From NCBI GenBank assembly GCA_002339085.1, contig DDDX01000033.1, positions 884 to 64,883 of the forward strand: a stretch of DNA of 64,000 bases, in the 5' to 3' direction. The notes beneath the pieces were generated by a model, which saw only the letters and a program-made list of their open reading frames with translations, was not told the origin of the DNA and ran no database searches. This document shows, one piece after another, positions 20,267-28,559 of this stretch. The number at the start of each line of letters is the position of its first letter. The stretch's first letter is position 1. The stretch is from Cellvibrionales bacterium UBA1969 (GTDB taxonomy: Bacteria > Pseudomonadota > Gammaproteobacteria > Pseudomonadales > UBA7434). The position numbers were made by a program, and so were the translations under genes.

Positions 20267-22030
20267 ATGTCTGAAAAGTTAGAATATATGGATTTTGAAG
20301 AGCCTTCAAAATCATTAAAAGACTATTTTAATATGCTTCGGCGGCGTAAGCGCGTATTGGCGATTACTTGGTTAATCGTGGTTATCATTTTTACTTTGCT
20401 AGCCTTTTTATGGCCGCCGACTTATCGCTCTCAAGCAATTATCTTAATAGAGCAACAAGATATCCCCGCTGAACTCGTGCAGACCACTATCACGAGTTAT
20501 GCCCAGCAGCGTATCGAAGAAATTAAGCAACGCATCATGACCATTAGCAATATTATGAATGTGGCGGAAGAGTTTGAATTATACAGCAAGCGTGAGTTTG
20601 ATCGGATGACGCGAACCGAGATTGCCGAAGAGTTTCGTGATGCCGTTTCCATAAAACCGATCAGTGCTGAAGTGGTTGATCCTCGCAGTGGACGGCCTTC
20701 GGAGGCAATTATCGCCTTTAGTTTGGCTTTTGATGGTGATTCTCCTAGTAAAGTGCAAAAAGTGACGAATGAAATCACCACGCTTTATTTAAATGAAAAC
20801 TTGAAAGAGAGAACGGAGCAAACGCAAAGTACGGCTGATTTCTTAACGGCAGAAACAGAAATGCTCTCTAGAGAGCTCGCTAATCTGGATCAAAAAATTG
20901 CTGACTTTAAAGAGCAAAATGAAGGAGCGCTACCAGAACAAAATCAATTTAATATCAGTATTGTTGATCGCACTGAGTTACAGATTAACGATTTAGATTT
21001 TCAATTAAAAGAGTTGAAAAAACGTAAAATAAGATTGGAGGGCGAGTTAACCCAAATCAGCCCTTCGGCACCTACTACCTTAGCTGATGGTAGTGTGATA
21101 TTGGGTGATGCTGATCGATTAAGAGCGGTGCAAAGTCAGTTGCGTCAGCTCAAGTCGATTTATCATGAAGACCATCCAGTGTTGCTCCGTTTAAAAAGAG
21201 AAGAGGCGACGTTGTTGCAAGTCTCAAGTAGTCATGATGCTTATAACGATACTGCAAAACAGCTACAGCAACAGCAAGATAAACTATCGGCCTTGCAGGC
21301 GAAATATACTCAAGATCATCCGCAAATCATTAAAGCTGAGCGAATAGTTAAGCAGTTAGCTGACTCTATTAAAGGGATGGAAAGAAGTTATGAGGCGCCC
21401 AGGGCAGATAACCCTGCTTATTTGTTCGTGAAGACACAATTAGACAGTACCAATGAAGATATTCGCGCTAATACTCAGAAAATTGAATCATTAAATGCAA
21501 AAATAGAGCGCTATGAAGGCTATCTGTCACGAGGGCCGCAGATCGAACAAGATTATCAAACGTTGGTACGTGATTACCAAAATACCTACATGAAATATCA
21601 AGAAATCCGTTCGAAAATGATGTCCGCCGAATTAGCGAAAAATTTAGAGTCAGAGCGAAAGGGTGAGCGTTTTACATTAATACAGCCCCCAGAATTACCT
21701 GTCGATCCGGTAAGCCCTAACCGCACAGCGTTAGTATTAATTGGTTTCATTATGGGGGTGGGTGTTGGCGTTGGTGTCGTTATTTTATTAGAGGCACTAA
21801 GTAATTGTGTCTATAGTCGTACCGACCTAGTTGGTCTGACTGGCAATGCTCCACTTGCGGTTATTAGTTATTTAGAGACTCAAGAAGAGCAGTCGAAGCA
21901 TAATAGGAAGCGGCTTTATATCGTTTTAGGCTTAATACTAGCAGGTATTGTTATTCTGCTGTTATTTCATTTTTTTATAAAACCTTTAGATGTGACTTGG
22001 TATATTTTATTGAGAAAGTTGGGCATGTAA
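20267..22030 (+). CDS. polysaccharide chain-length determinant (Wzz/GumC/EpsF-like PCP)
   Basis: The N-terminal Wzz motif region and a TM helix are followed by a long coiled-coil periplasmic domain. The proline-rich motif PPELPVDPVSPNR precedes the second TM helix. Confidence 0.85.
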   Translation: MSEKLEYMDFEEPSKSLKDYFNMLRRRKRVLAITWLIVVIIFTLLAFLWPPTYRSQAIILIEQQDIPAELVQTTITSYAQQRIEEIKQRIMTISNIMNVAEEFELYSKREFDRMTRTEIAEEFRDAVSIKPISAEVVDPRSGRPSEAIIAFSLAFDGDSPSKVQKVTNEITTLYLNENLKERTEQTQSTADFLTAETEMLSRELANLDQKIADFKEQNEGALPEQNQFNISIVDRTELQINDLDFQLKELKKRKIRLEGELTQISPSAPTTLADGSVILGDADRLRAVQSQLRQLKSIYHEDHPVLLRLKREEATLLQVSSSHDAYNDTAKQLQQQQDKLSALQAKYTQDHPQIIKAERIVKQLADSIKGMERSYEAPRADNPAYLFVKTQLDSTNEDIRANTQKIESLNAKIERYEGYLSRGPQIEQDYQTLVRDYQNTYMKYQEIRSKMMSAELAKNLESERKGERFTLIQPPELPVDPVSPNRTALVLIGFIMGVGVGVGVVILLEALSNCVYSRTDLVGLTGNAPLAVISYLETQEEQSKHNRKRLYIVLGLILAGIVILLLFHFFIKPLDVTWYILLRKLGM

Positions 22031-22074
22031 CAATTGTTCAGTCAGTTTAATGAATTTAATGGTGTGAGACCAAA

Positions 22075-22950
22075 ATGGAACGAATCCAAGAAGCGATAGA
22101 AAAAGCGAAGCGTGAGCGTCAGGGAGTTCAAGGCGTTGATGGTAAAACCGATGATCCTGTGCAAGATGACAAAGGCGAGCATGCATCTGAAACGGTTAGT
22201 AAGGATGGTGTTGTTAAGCAAGAAGATTTATTAGTTGACGCTCAACAAGAAAAACGCTCGGTTAGAGTCAAATACTCACAAACACGCAGTGTCAATATTG
22301 ATGCAGGAACCTTGAAGGATTTACGCATTGTTGCTGGTTTTACGCATGATAAGCGTTCAGAGCCTTATCGACAGTTACGCGGCCAAATATTAAATAAAAT
22401 GCGCGAGAATAGCTGGCAAACATTAGCGATCACTAGTCCTAATGCCGGTGCTGGCAGAACGCTAACAGCAATGAATCTTGCGATTAGTCTCTCTATGGAG
22501 GTGAATCAAACCGTATTATTGGTTGATATGGATTTACGTCAACCTAATGTTGCCACCTGTTTAGGAATTGACGACGTTGAATATGGCCTTGTGGATTATG
22601 TTAACAATGAACGGCCATTAGAGGATATTTTGATTCACCCAGGCTTTGAGCGATTAGTTTTATTACCGGGTACCGTTCAGGATAACGCCTCGTCTGAGAT
22701 CTTAACCTCACCTGAAATGAAAGTTGTGATAGAGGAGCTAATTGCCCGCTACCCTTCACGACTTATTATTTTTGATTTGCCTGCCGTGCTTAGTCATGAT
22801 GATGCCTTAGTATTTGCTCCTACGTGTGATGCGACATTGATGGTGGTTGAAGAGGGTGGCACTAATAAAGACGATCTAGAAAGGGCTTATCAGCTTCTTG
22901 AAGGCGCTAATATCATTGGTTCTGTATTGAATAAAGTCAGATATCCTTAA
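22075..22950 (+). CDS. BY-kinase-like P-loop protein (EpsG/CpsD family), with atypical Walker A
   Basis: ParA/MinD-like fold motifs: Walker A region ITSPNAGAGRT, Walker A' LLVDMDLRQP and Walker B LIIFDLPAV. The Walker-A Lys position is Arg (AGA codon at 22456-22458), and the C-terminus (…LNKVRYP) has no Tyr cluster. Confidence 0.78.
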   Translation: MERIQEAIEKAKRERQGVQGVDGKTDDPVQDDKGEHASETVSKDGVVKQEDLLVDAQQEKRSVRVKYSQTRSVNIDAGTLKDLRIVAGFTHDKRSEPYRQLRGQILNKMRENSWQTLAITSPNAGAGRTLTAMNLAISLSMEVNQTVLLVDMDLRQPNVATCLGIDDVEYGLVDYVNNERPLEDILIHPGFERLVLLPGTVQDNASSEILTSPEMKVVIEELIARYPSRLIIFDLPAVLSHDDALVFAPTCDATLMVVEEGGTNKDDLERAYQLLEGANIIGSVLNKVRYP

Positions 22951-22970
22951 CATTGGAGGTGCAATGAGTT

Positions 22971-23957
22971 ATGTATGAGCAGCACTTTTCCTTAAAAGCT
23001 AAGCCTTTTAGCCTCAGTCCCGATCCAGAATTTATACACTTTTCAGCCAAGCATAAAGTGGCCTACAGTCTGCTTGAATATGGCTTACATGAGCAAAGTG
23101 GTTTAACCGTTATTACCGGCGAAGTAGGCAGCGGGAAAACTACTTTAATTCGATATCTGCTTGCCGATATTGATCAAAGCCAGTTGGCAATTGGATTAAT
23201 TAATAATACTCATGCTTCTTTGGGTGATCTTACGCAATGGATCGCCTTGGCTTTTGATCTTCCGCATGAAGGCAAAGATAAAGTGACATTGTTTCGTGAT
23301 GTGCAAGAGTACTTAATCTCTGAATGGGCTAAAGGAAAACGTGCTGTGCTCATTGTTGACGAAGCGCAAAACATGGAAAAAGAAACGCTCGAAGAGTTGC
23401 GACTCTATACCAACATTAATGCCGATGGCGAGCAGTTTTTACAAATTATTTTAGTTGGTCAACCCGAGTTGAGGGATTTATTGCAGGCGCCTGAACTAGC
23501 TCAAATGGCTCAGCGTGTTTCCGTCGAATATCATATTGAGCCTTTGAGTTGGCAAGACACCGCTAATTATATTCGTCATCGTTTGGTTACCGCCAGTATT
23601 GAAGGTTTAGAAGACCAAGCCAATCACATTTTTGACTCTGTAGCGATGGCAGTTATTTTTTATTTTAGCGGAGGTGTGCCACGCTTAATTAATACCCTTT
23701 CTGATTTTGCTTTAGTCCATGCCTATGCGGTAGATCTTAAAGTTGTCAATTACGAGACGGCGCTTGAAGTGGTGCGCGGTCGAACTATTGGTGGTGTTAA
23801 TCGTTTCAAGAATAATGAGCAGCAGTTATCTTTGATTAGAGAGAAAGTGATTAATGCCGTGGGTATCGATTTAGAGACAGTGTTAGATCAAGAATGTGTA
23901 GACAATAATAATGAAAAAGAAGGTGGCCTGTTAAGCAGTGATGATCTAGTCCTATAA
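22971..23957 (+). CDS. ExeA/GspA-like AAA ATPase (PEP-CTERM/exosortase-locus ATPase type)
   Basis: Walker A GEVGSGKTTL, Walker B AVLIVDEAQN, LILVGQPEL and GGVPRLIN motifs, all typical of the ExeA-like family. Confidence 0.85.
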   Translation: MYEQHFSLKAKPFSLSPDPEFIHFSAKHKVAYSLLEYGLHEQSGLTVITGEVGSGKTTLIRYLLADIDQSQLAIGLINNTHASLGDLTQWIALAFDLPHEGKDKVTLFRDVQEYLISEWAKGKRAVLIVDEAQNMEKETLEELRLYTNINADGEQFLQIILVGQPELRDLLQAPELAQMAQRVSVEYHIEPLSWQDTANYIRHRLVTASIEGLEDQANHIFDSVAMAVIFYFSGGVPRLINTLSDFALVHAYAVDLKVVNYETALEVVRGRTIGGVNRFKNNEQQLSLIREKVINAVGIDLETVLDQECVDNNNEKEGGLLSSDDLVL

Positions 23958-24100
23958 ATTTGATTTAAGATTAATCAAGCGAAGTAGTTTTTATGTGGTA
24001 GTGATCGGCGCAGGGTATTAGCGCTCTATACCGATTGGGATTGGCGTAGAAAATTTGTTAATTGTTATAATACATATTATACAAAAAAGGAAAGTGTTGG

Positions 24101-25336
24101 ATGAAAAGTGCAAGCGAATACCAAAAAGTTTGTGTAATTGGTTTAGGTTATATTGGATTACCTACGGCTTCATTACTTGCCACAAAGGGCTTTGAAGTAG
24201 TCGGTGTTGATATCTCCCAAAAAGTCGTTAACACGATTAATCAAGGTGAAATTCATATTGTTGAACCTGATTTAGATATTTTGGTTAAATCAGCCGTTCA
24301 CTCTGGAAATCTATCGGCTAGCCTTGAGCCTTGTGAGGCCGATGTTTTTATTATCGCGGTACCTACACCATTTAAAGACGGCGGCCCTGATCATATATCA
24401 GGTAAAAAGCCTGACCTATCTTATATCGACTCGGCGACAAAAAAAATCTCACCCTATATTAAGGCAGGTGATTTGGTCATACTTGAATCTACAAGCCCTG
24501 TCGGTACAACGGATGAGGTGGTTGCTAAAATATTAAAGCAAGCAGGGCATGCCATTGGTGAGAATGTCTTTGTGTCGCATTGCCCTGAGAGAGTGTTGCC
24601 GGGCAGGATATTAATTGAATTAGTTGAGAATGATCGTGTTGTTGGTGGTATTAATGAGGAATCAACAAAAGTAACAGTTAATTTTTACGAACGCTTCGTT
24701 CGGGGGGCTGTTCTAGCTACAACAGCAAAAACCGCCGAAATGGTGAAGTTGACTGAAAATTCATCGCGTGATGTGCAGATTGCATTTGCGAATGAGCTCT
24801 CAATGATTTGTGAAACTGAAAATATTGATACATGGGAGGTGATTGAATTGGCCAATCGCCACCCTCGTGTCAATATATTGAATCCTGGCCCAGGAGTAGG
24901 TGGGCACTGTATTGCCGTTGACCCATGGTTTATTGTCGATCGTTCACCTGAAGTTTCTAAGTTAATTCGAACAGCTCGTGAAGTAAATGATGCTAAGCCT
25001 GAATGGGTAATAAATCGAGTTGTGCACTGTGCAAATAAATTCAAAGATCCAATTATTGCTTGTTTAGGATTGGCTTTTAAAGCTGATGTGGACGATTTAA
25101 GAGAATCGCCAGCCTACAATATTGCTAAAGAGATTCAAAGAAAAGAAATTGGAAGATTGATAGTTTGTGAGCCGAATCTAGATGATCATTGTGAATTTGA
25201 TCTCTACGAGCTTGATGATGTTATAGAACAGGCTGACATAATTCTTCTTTTAGTTGATCATAAAATTTTCAATCGATGCAAGGCGTCTGATTTAAGAGAG
25301 AAGTTAGTCATTGATACTAGGGGTATTATTAGATAA
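24101..25336 (+). CDS. wecC: UDP-N-acetyl-D-mannosamine dehydrogenase-like nucleotide-sugar dehydrogenase
   Basis: NAD-binding N-terminus VCVIGLGYIGLPTA. FIIAVPTP and ILESTSPVGTT motifs plus the catalytic GGHCI. wecB is present in the same locus. Confidence 0.78.
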   Translation: MKSASEYQKVCVIGLGYIGLPTASLLATKGFEVVGVDISQKVVNTINQGEIHIVEPDLDILVKSAVHSGNLSASLEPCEADVFIIAVPTPFKDGGPDHISGKKPDLSYIDSATKKISPYIKAGDLVILESTSPVGTTDEVVAKILKQAGHAIGENVFVSHCPERVLPGRILIELVENDRVVGGINEESTKVTVNFYERFVRGAVLATTAKTAEMVKLTENSSRDVQIAFANELSMICETENIDTWEVIELANRHPRVNILNPGPGVGGHCIAVDPWFIVDRSPEVSKLIRTAREVNDAKPEWVINRVVHCANKFKDPIIACLGLAFKADVDDLRESPAYNIAKEIQRKEIGRLIVCEPNLDDHCEFDLYELDDVIEQADIILLLVDHKIFNRCKASDLREKLVIDTRGIIR

Positions 25337-25381
25337 AGAGTACTTATACTTGACCAAGAGAAATGCATTTAGGGAAAAAAG

Positions 25382-26011
25382 ATGATAAATAATTTCTTAA
25401 TAGGTGTTTGTGGAGGATCTGCTTCCGGAAAAACAAGGTTTAGTCTGGAACTAAAGAGAAATCTTAATGAAGAGGTTACTTTAGTGTCACAAGACAACTA
25501 CTACTTTGATAGTTCGCATCTGAATAAAGAAGAAATAGCGAGAAAAAATTTTGATCAACCTCAAGCTATTGATTTAAATAGATTACATATAGACTTAGAG
25601 AAATTAAAAAAAAATCAGACAATTAATTTGCCAATTTATTGTTTTAATAGTCATTGTAGATTAAAAAAAACGAAAAAATTATTTCCAGCTCGGATAATAA
25701 TCGTTGAAGGTTTGTTTTTGTTCGAAAATGAAGTTATCAGAAATATCTTAGATTTGAAAATATTTATAGATGTTGATAGTGATGTTCGCCTTATGAGAAG
25801 AATAGAAAGGGATATTGAGTGTAGAGGCAGGCCATTAAGATCTGTGATTGATCAATATTCTAGAGATGTTAGGCCTATGTATAAGCAGTATATTGAACCA
25901 AAAAAAAAGTACGCCGATATTGTTCTGGAGGGAGAGTCTGAAGAAGACTTAGAAAAAAGCATTATCAATGTAAAAGATAAAATTTATACTCTAATTAAAG
26001 ATGGGAAATAA
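25382..26011 (+). CDS. uridine/cytidine kinase-family P-loop kinase
   Basis: GVCGGSASGKT P-loop, SQDNYYFD, NFDQPQAID, IIIVEGLF, and DSDVRLMRRIERDIECRGR...VIDQY...VRPMY. This is a full Udk-like motif series over 209 aa. Confidence 0.8.
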   Translation: MINNFLIGVCGGSASGKTRFSLELKRNLNEEVTLVSQDNYYFDSSHLNKEEIARKNFDQPQAIDLNRLHIDLEKLKKNQTINLPIYCFNSHCRLKKTKKLFPARIIIVEGLFLFENEVIRNILDLKIFIDVDSDVRLMRRIERDIECRGRPLRSVIDQYSRDVRPMYKQYIEPKKKYADIVLEGESEEDLEKSIINVKDKIYTLIKDGK

Positions 26012-27194
26012 AATGGAAACTATTGCTGAAAAGTTTTCCTATCCATTAGTGTTTGATAGGGTGGTTAACGACTTTATAACGATATGCAAATCTGTTTTCT
26101 GCTCAAAAAAATTAGGCATATTGTTAGTAGGAAGTTCAGCTAGAGGAGAGTTTTGTTGGAGCGGAAATATTGATGCGCCAGTATTTTACAGCGATGTTGA
26201 ATTTATTGTTGTTGTTGATAGATCGGATCTGAAATTTAAAAAAAAATTCCATGATGAAATAAATAAGTTAAATAACTCATTAAGTTTTGGCATAAGGTTT
26301 AAGGTGGATTATGTTATTAATACTTGGTCAGGGATAAAAAAAGCAGATAAAAAAATTTTTATTTTCGATAGTAAAAATAAAGGAATTGATCTTGGTAGCG
26401 AATCGGTTGTTTCGGTGCTGCCTGAGGTGACAATCAAAAACATAAATTTTAGCGAATTAAATGATATTTTATTGCATAGAATGAAGGCGGTTATTGCTGA
26501 TATACCAGAAAGTGTCTTTAGAGGAGAGGGGATATCTTCTGAACTATGCATGTCGATTTCAAAAAATGCACTTGATTCGACAACTTGGTTGTTTCCATAT
26601 GAAGCTGAACAATTATTATCTGGATTTAAAGAGCGCTTAGAAGTATGGGAGGCAAAAAAAAATCAGTTAAAGCTTTTTGATTTTTTTGATGAGTCTCAAT
26701 TATTATTTTTAATGAATTGTGATGCAATGAGAAGCCGAGTTGCTCCTTTGAGAAAGGATGTCGAGTTATTGAATCAATACGTTGAACTGTATGATGGAGC
26801 TTTAGCATATTGTAAAGCTAGGAACAATATCGGTATAGATGTAAATATCGATAGCCCAAATGCAAGTCGAAAAATTTTCTGGGAATATAATCCCCGAAGG
26901 CGTGTTAAGGAGGCGTATTTAATTCTGAGAAATTTTAAAAGTTTTGGATATATAAATATTTTTAGAAATATATTCTTTCCGAGAAAGGGAAGGCAAGCTA
27001 GTTTTTGTTTTTCGATGATTAAGGCTTTAGCCGCTTATATGAATGGCAACGCAGGTGTCTTCGTAAAAGAGGTTGATGCTTCCCATAAAAAATTAAAATT
27101 AATAATGAATGTACAAATCACGGGCGAGGACCCTGTCGAACAATGGCGAAGTTTAAGAAAATCGTACCTTTCAATAAATTCTGTGTTTATTTAA
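26001..27194 (+). CDS. Pol-beta-superfamily nucleotidyltransferase-domain protein with a long uncharacterised C-terminal region
   Basis: GSSARGE (nt 26130-26150) is followed by SDVEFIVVV (DVE at 26193-26201), which is the G-S-x3-G-[DE] ... D-x-[DE] NTase signature. The remaining ~300 aa carry no motif I can assign. An alternative start lies at ATG 26013. Confidence 0.55.
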   Translation: MGNKMETIAEKFSYPLVFDRVVNDFITICKSVFCSKKLGILLVGSSARGEFCWSGNIDAPVFYSDVEFIVVVDRSDLKFKKKFHDEINKLNNSLSFGIRFKVDYVINTWSGIKKADKKIFIFDSKNKGIDLGSESVVSVLPEVTIKNINFSELNDILLHRMKAVIADIPESVFRGEGISSELCMSISKNALDSTTWLFPYEAEQLLSGFKERLEVWEAKKNQLKLFDFFDESQLLFLMNCDAMRSRVAPLRKDVELLNQYVELYDGALAYCKARNNIGIDVNIDSPNASRKIFWEYNPRRRVKEAYLILRNFKSFGYINIFRNIFFPRKGRQASFCFSMIKALAAYMNGNAGVFVKEVDASHKKLKLIMNVQITGEDPVEQWRSLRKSYLSINSVFI

Positions 27195-27198
27195 GATT

Positions 27199-28539
27199 AT
27201 GTTTATAAGAGTAGATGAAGTAAATATTTTATTGAGTCTTGTTGCATCTGTAGTTTTATTTTCTGCAGGTTTTCTTTACGTAATGTCAAATAATGTTGCT
27301 GGTAGGTCATTTTTGCTCAAAGTTTTTTCTATTGCTTTTTTGCTTAGAGTACTGATGGCTTTTGCGCTATATTTTTCGCTAATCTCAATGGGTAGTGATG
27401 GTTATATTATTGAAGATGATCGTGTGTATAACTTTACAGCACTAGCTATAGATAAAGATATCGATCGAGGTAGGGTGGGTTACAAGCAGTACGAAAGTGG
27501 ATTTAAGAATATCGCTTATTTTAATTTTGGTGGCTTTATGTATCATCATTTTGGTTTTGATACTTTGACTATGCGGATAATAAATGCCTTTTTTGGGTCC
27601 GTAGTCGTGCTGCTTGTTTATTACATTATGCTACAAATATTCGATATGAGGATAGCGAGGATATCGGCTTTATTTATGGCTTTTTTGCCAAATTTAATAT
27701 TTTGGTCGGCGTCGCATGTCAAAGACCCTTTAGTTACATTGGTCACAATCTCATTGGTATACATCATGGTCTGTAAATTCAGGCGAGGCCTTAATCCTTT
27801 TGTTTTAGTTTTTTATATTTTTTTTATGTATTTGTTATGGCACTTGAGAAAAGACTATTGTTTTCCTTTGATTGGCGTGGCTATTTTGTGGGGCTTTATT
27901 AGATATACAGCGCTTGGTCGTTTTTTTAATAATCATAAACGCTCAAATTATTTGAAAATGGCTATTATGGTTGTCTTTGCTGTTCCGTTATTTTATACAT
28001 TGCTTTCTTCGCAAGCCGGCACTAACTTTATTGGAACTGTTGATAAGTTTAATCAGATGCAAGAACATTTATCTTCAGAAGGTGCAGCAGGTTTTACTCG
28101 TTATATGAGGATTTCAGGCCCTGGTGATATTTATAAATTACCAGCCGCAATGATATTCACCTCAATGGCACCGCTCCCGAATTTTGGGCCTACAACAGAT
28201 TGGAGGAAATATGGCCACAAAGTATATTCGTTTATTAACTTATCTTTGGTTCTTTTAATGCCACTGGTATTTTTTGGATTTCTTAAGTTTACAAATGTAA
28301 ATATGAAGTTCACAGATGAGCTTCTAGTCAAGTGGCTCCCTTTATTTACTTGGGCCTCAGTAAGTATTTTTTATATGGGTGTTTTAAGATATAAGTCTGG
28401 CCTTCTTCCATATTTTGTAATGTGGGCCTCAGTAGCTTGGGCATATCGGCATCAATACAGTCGGCATATATTATTTATGTATGGAGCAACTATGTCTGCT
28501 GTTTTAGTAATAATACCTGTGGCAACAATCTTCAGGTAA
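27199..28539 (+). CDS. polytopic inner-membrane protein, GT-C/PMT_2-like glycosyltransferase or atypical polymerase
   Basis: About 11-12 hydrophobic helices and an acidic first-loop motif, IIEDDRVY. The segment RIINAFFGSVVVLLVYYIMLQIF...FMAFLPNLIFWS resembles ArnT/PMT_2-type enzymes. The assignment is by pattern only. Confidence 0.45.
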   Translation: MFIRVDEVNILLSLVASVVLFSAGFLYVMSNNVAGRSFLLKVFSIAFLLRVLMAFALYFSLISMGSDGYIIEDDRVYNFTALAIDKDIDRGRVGYKQYESGFKNIAYFNFGGFMYHHFGFDTLTMRIINAFFGSVVVLLVYYIMLQIFDMRIARISALFMAFLPNLIFWSASHVKDPLVTLVTISLVYIMVCKFRRGLNPFVLVFYIFFMYLLWHLRKDYCFPLIGVAILWGFIRYTALGRFFNNHKRSNYLKMAIMVVFAVPLFYTLLSSQAGTNFIGTVDKFNQMQEHLSSEGAAGFTRYMRISGPGDIYKLPAAMIFTSMAPLPNFGPTTDWRKYGHKVYSFINLSLVLLMPLVFFGFLKFTNVNMKFTDELLVKWLPLFTWASVSIFYMGVLRYKSGLLPYFVMWASVAWAYRHQYSRHILFMYGATMSAVLVIIPVATIFR

Positions 28540-28559
28540 AAAAAGTGGAGAATGAATAG

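Noticed and set aside
24685-25044. 119-aa ORF antisense to wecC, and similar shadow ORFs at 4993-5304, 20497-20781, 32334-32621, 49509-49808, 50122-50445 and 52149-52418
   Set aside because: All are nested in the opposite strand of strongly supported genes. None has a recognisable motif.
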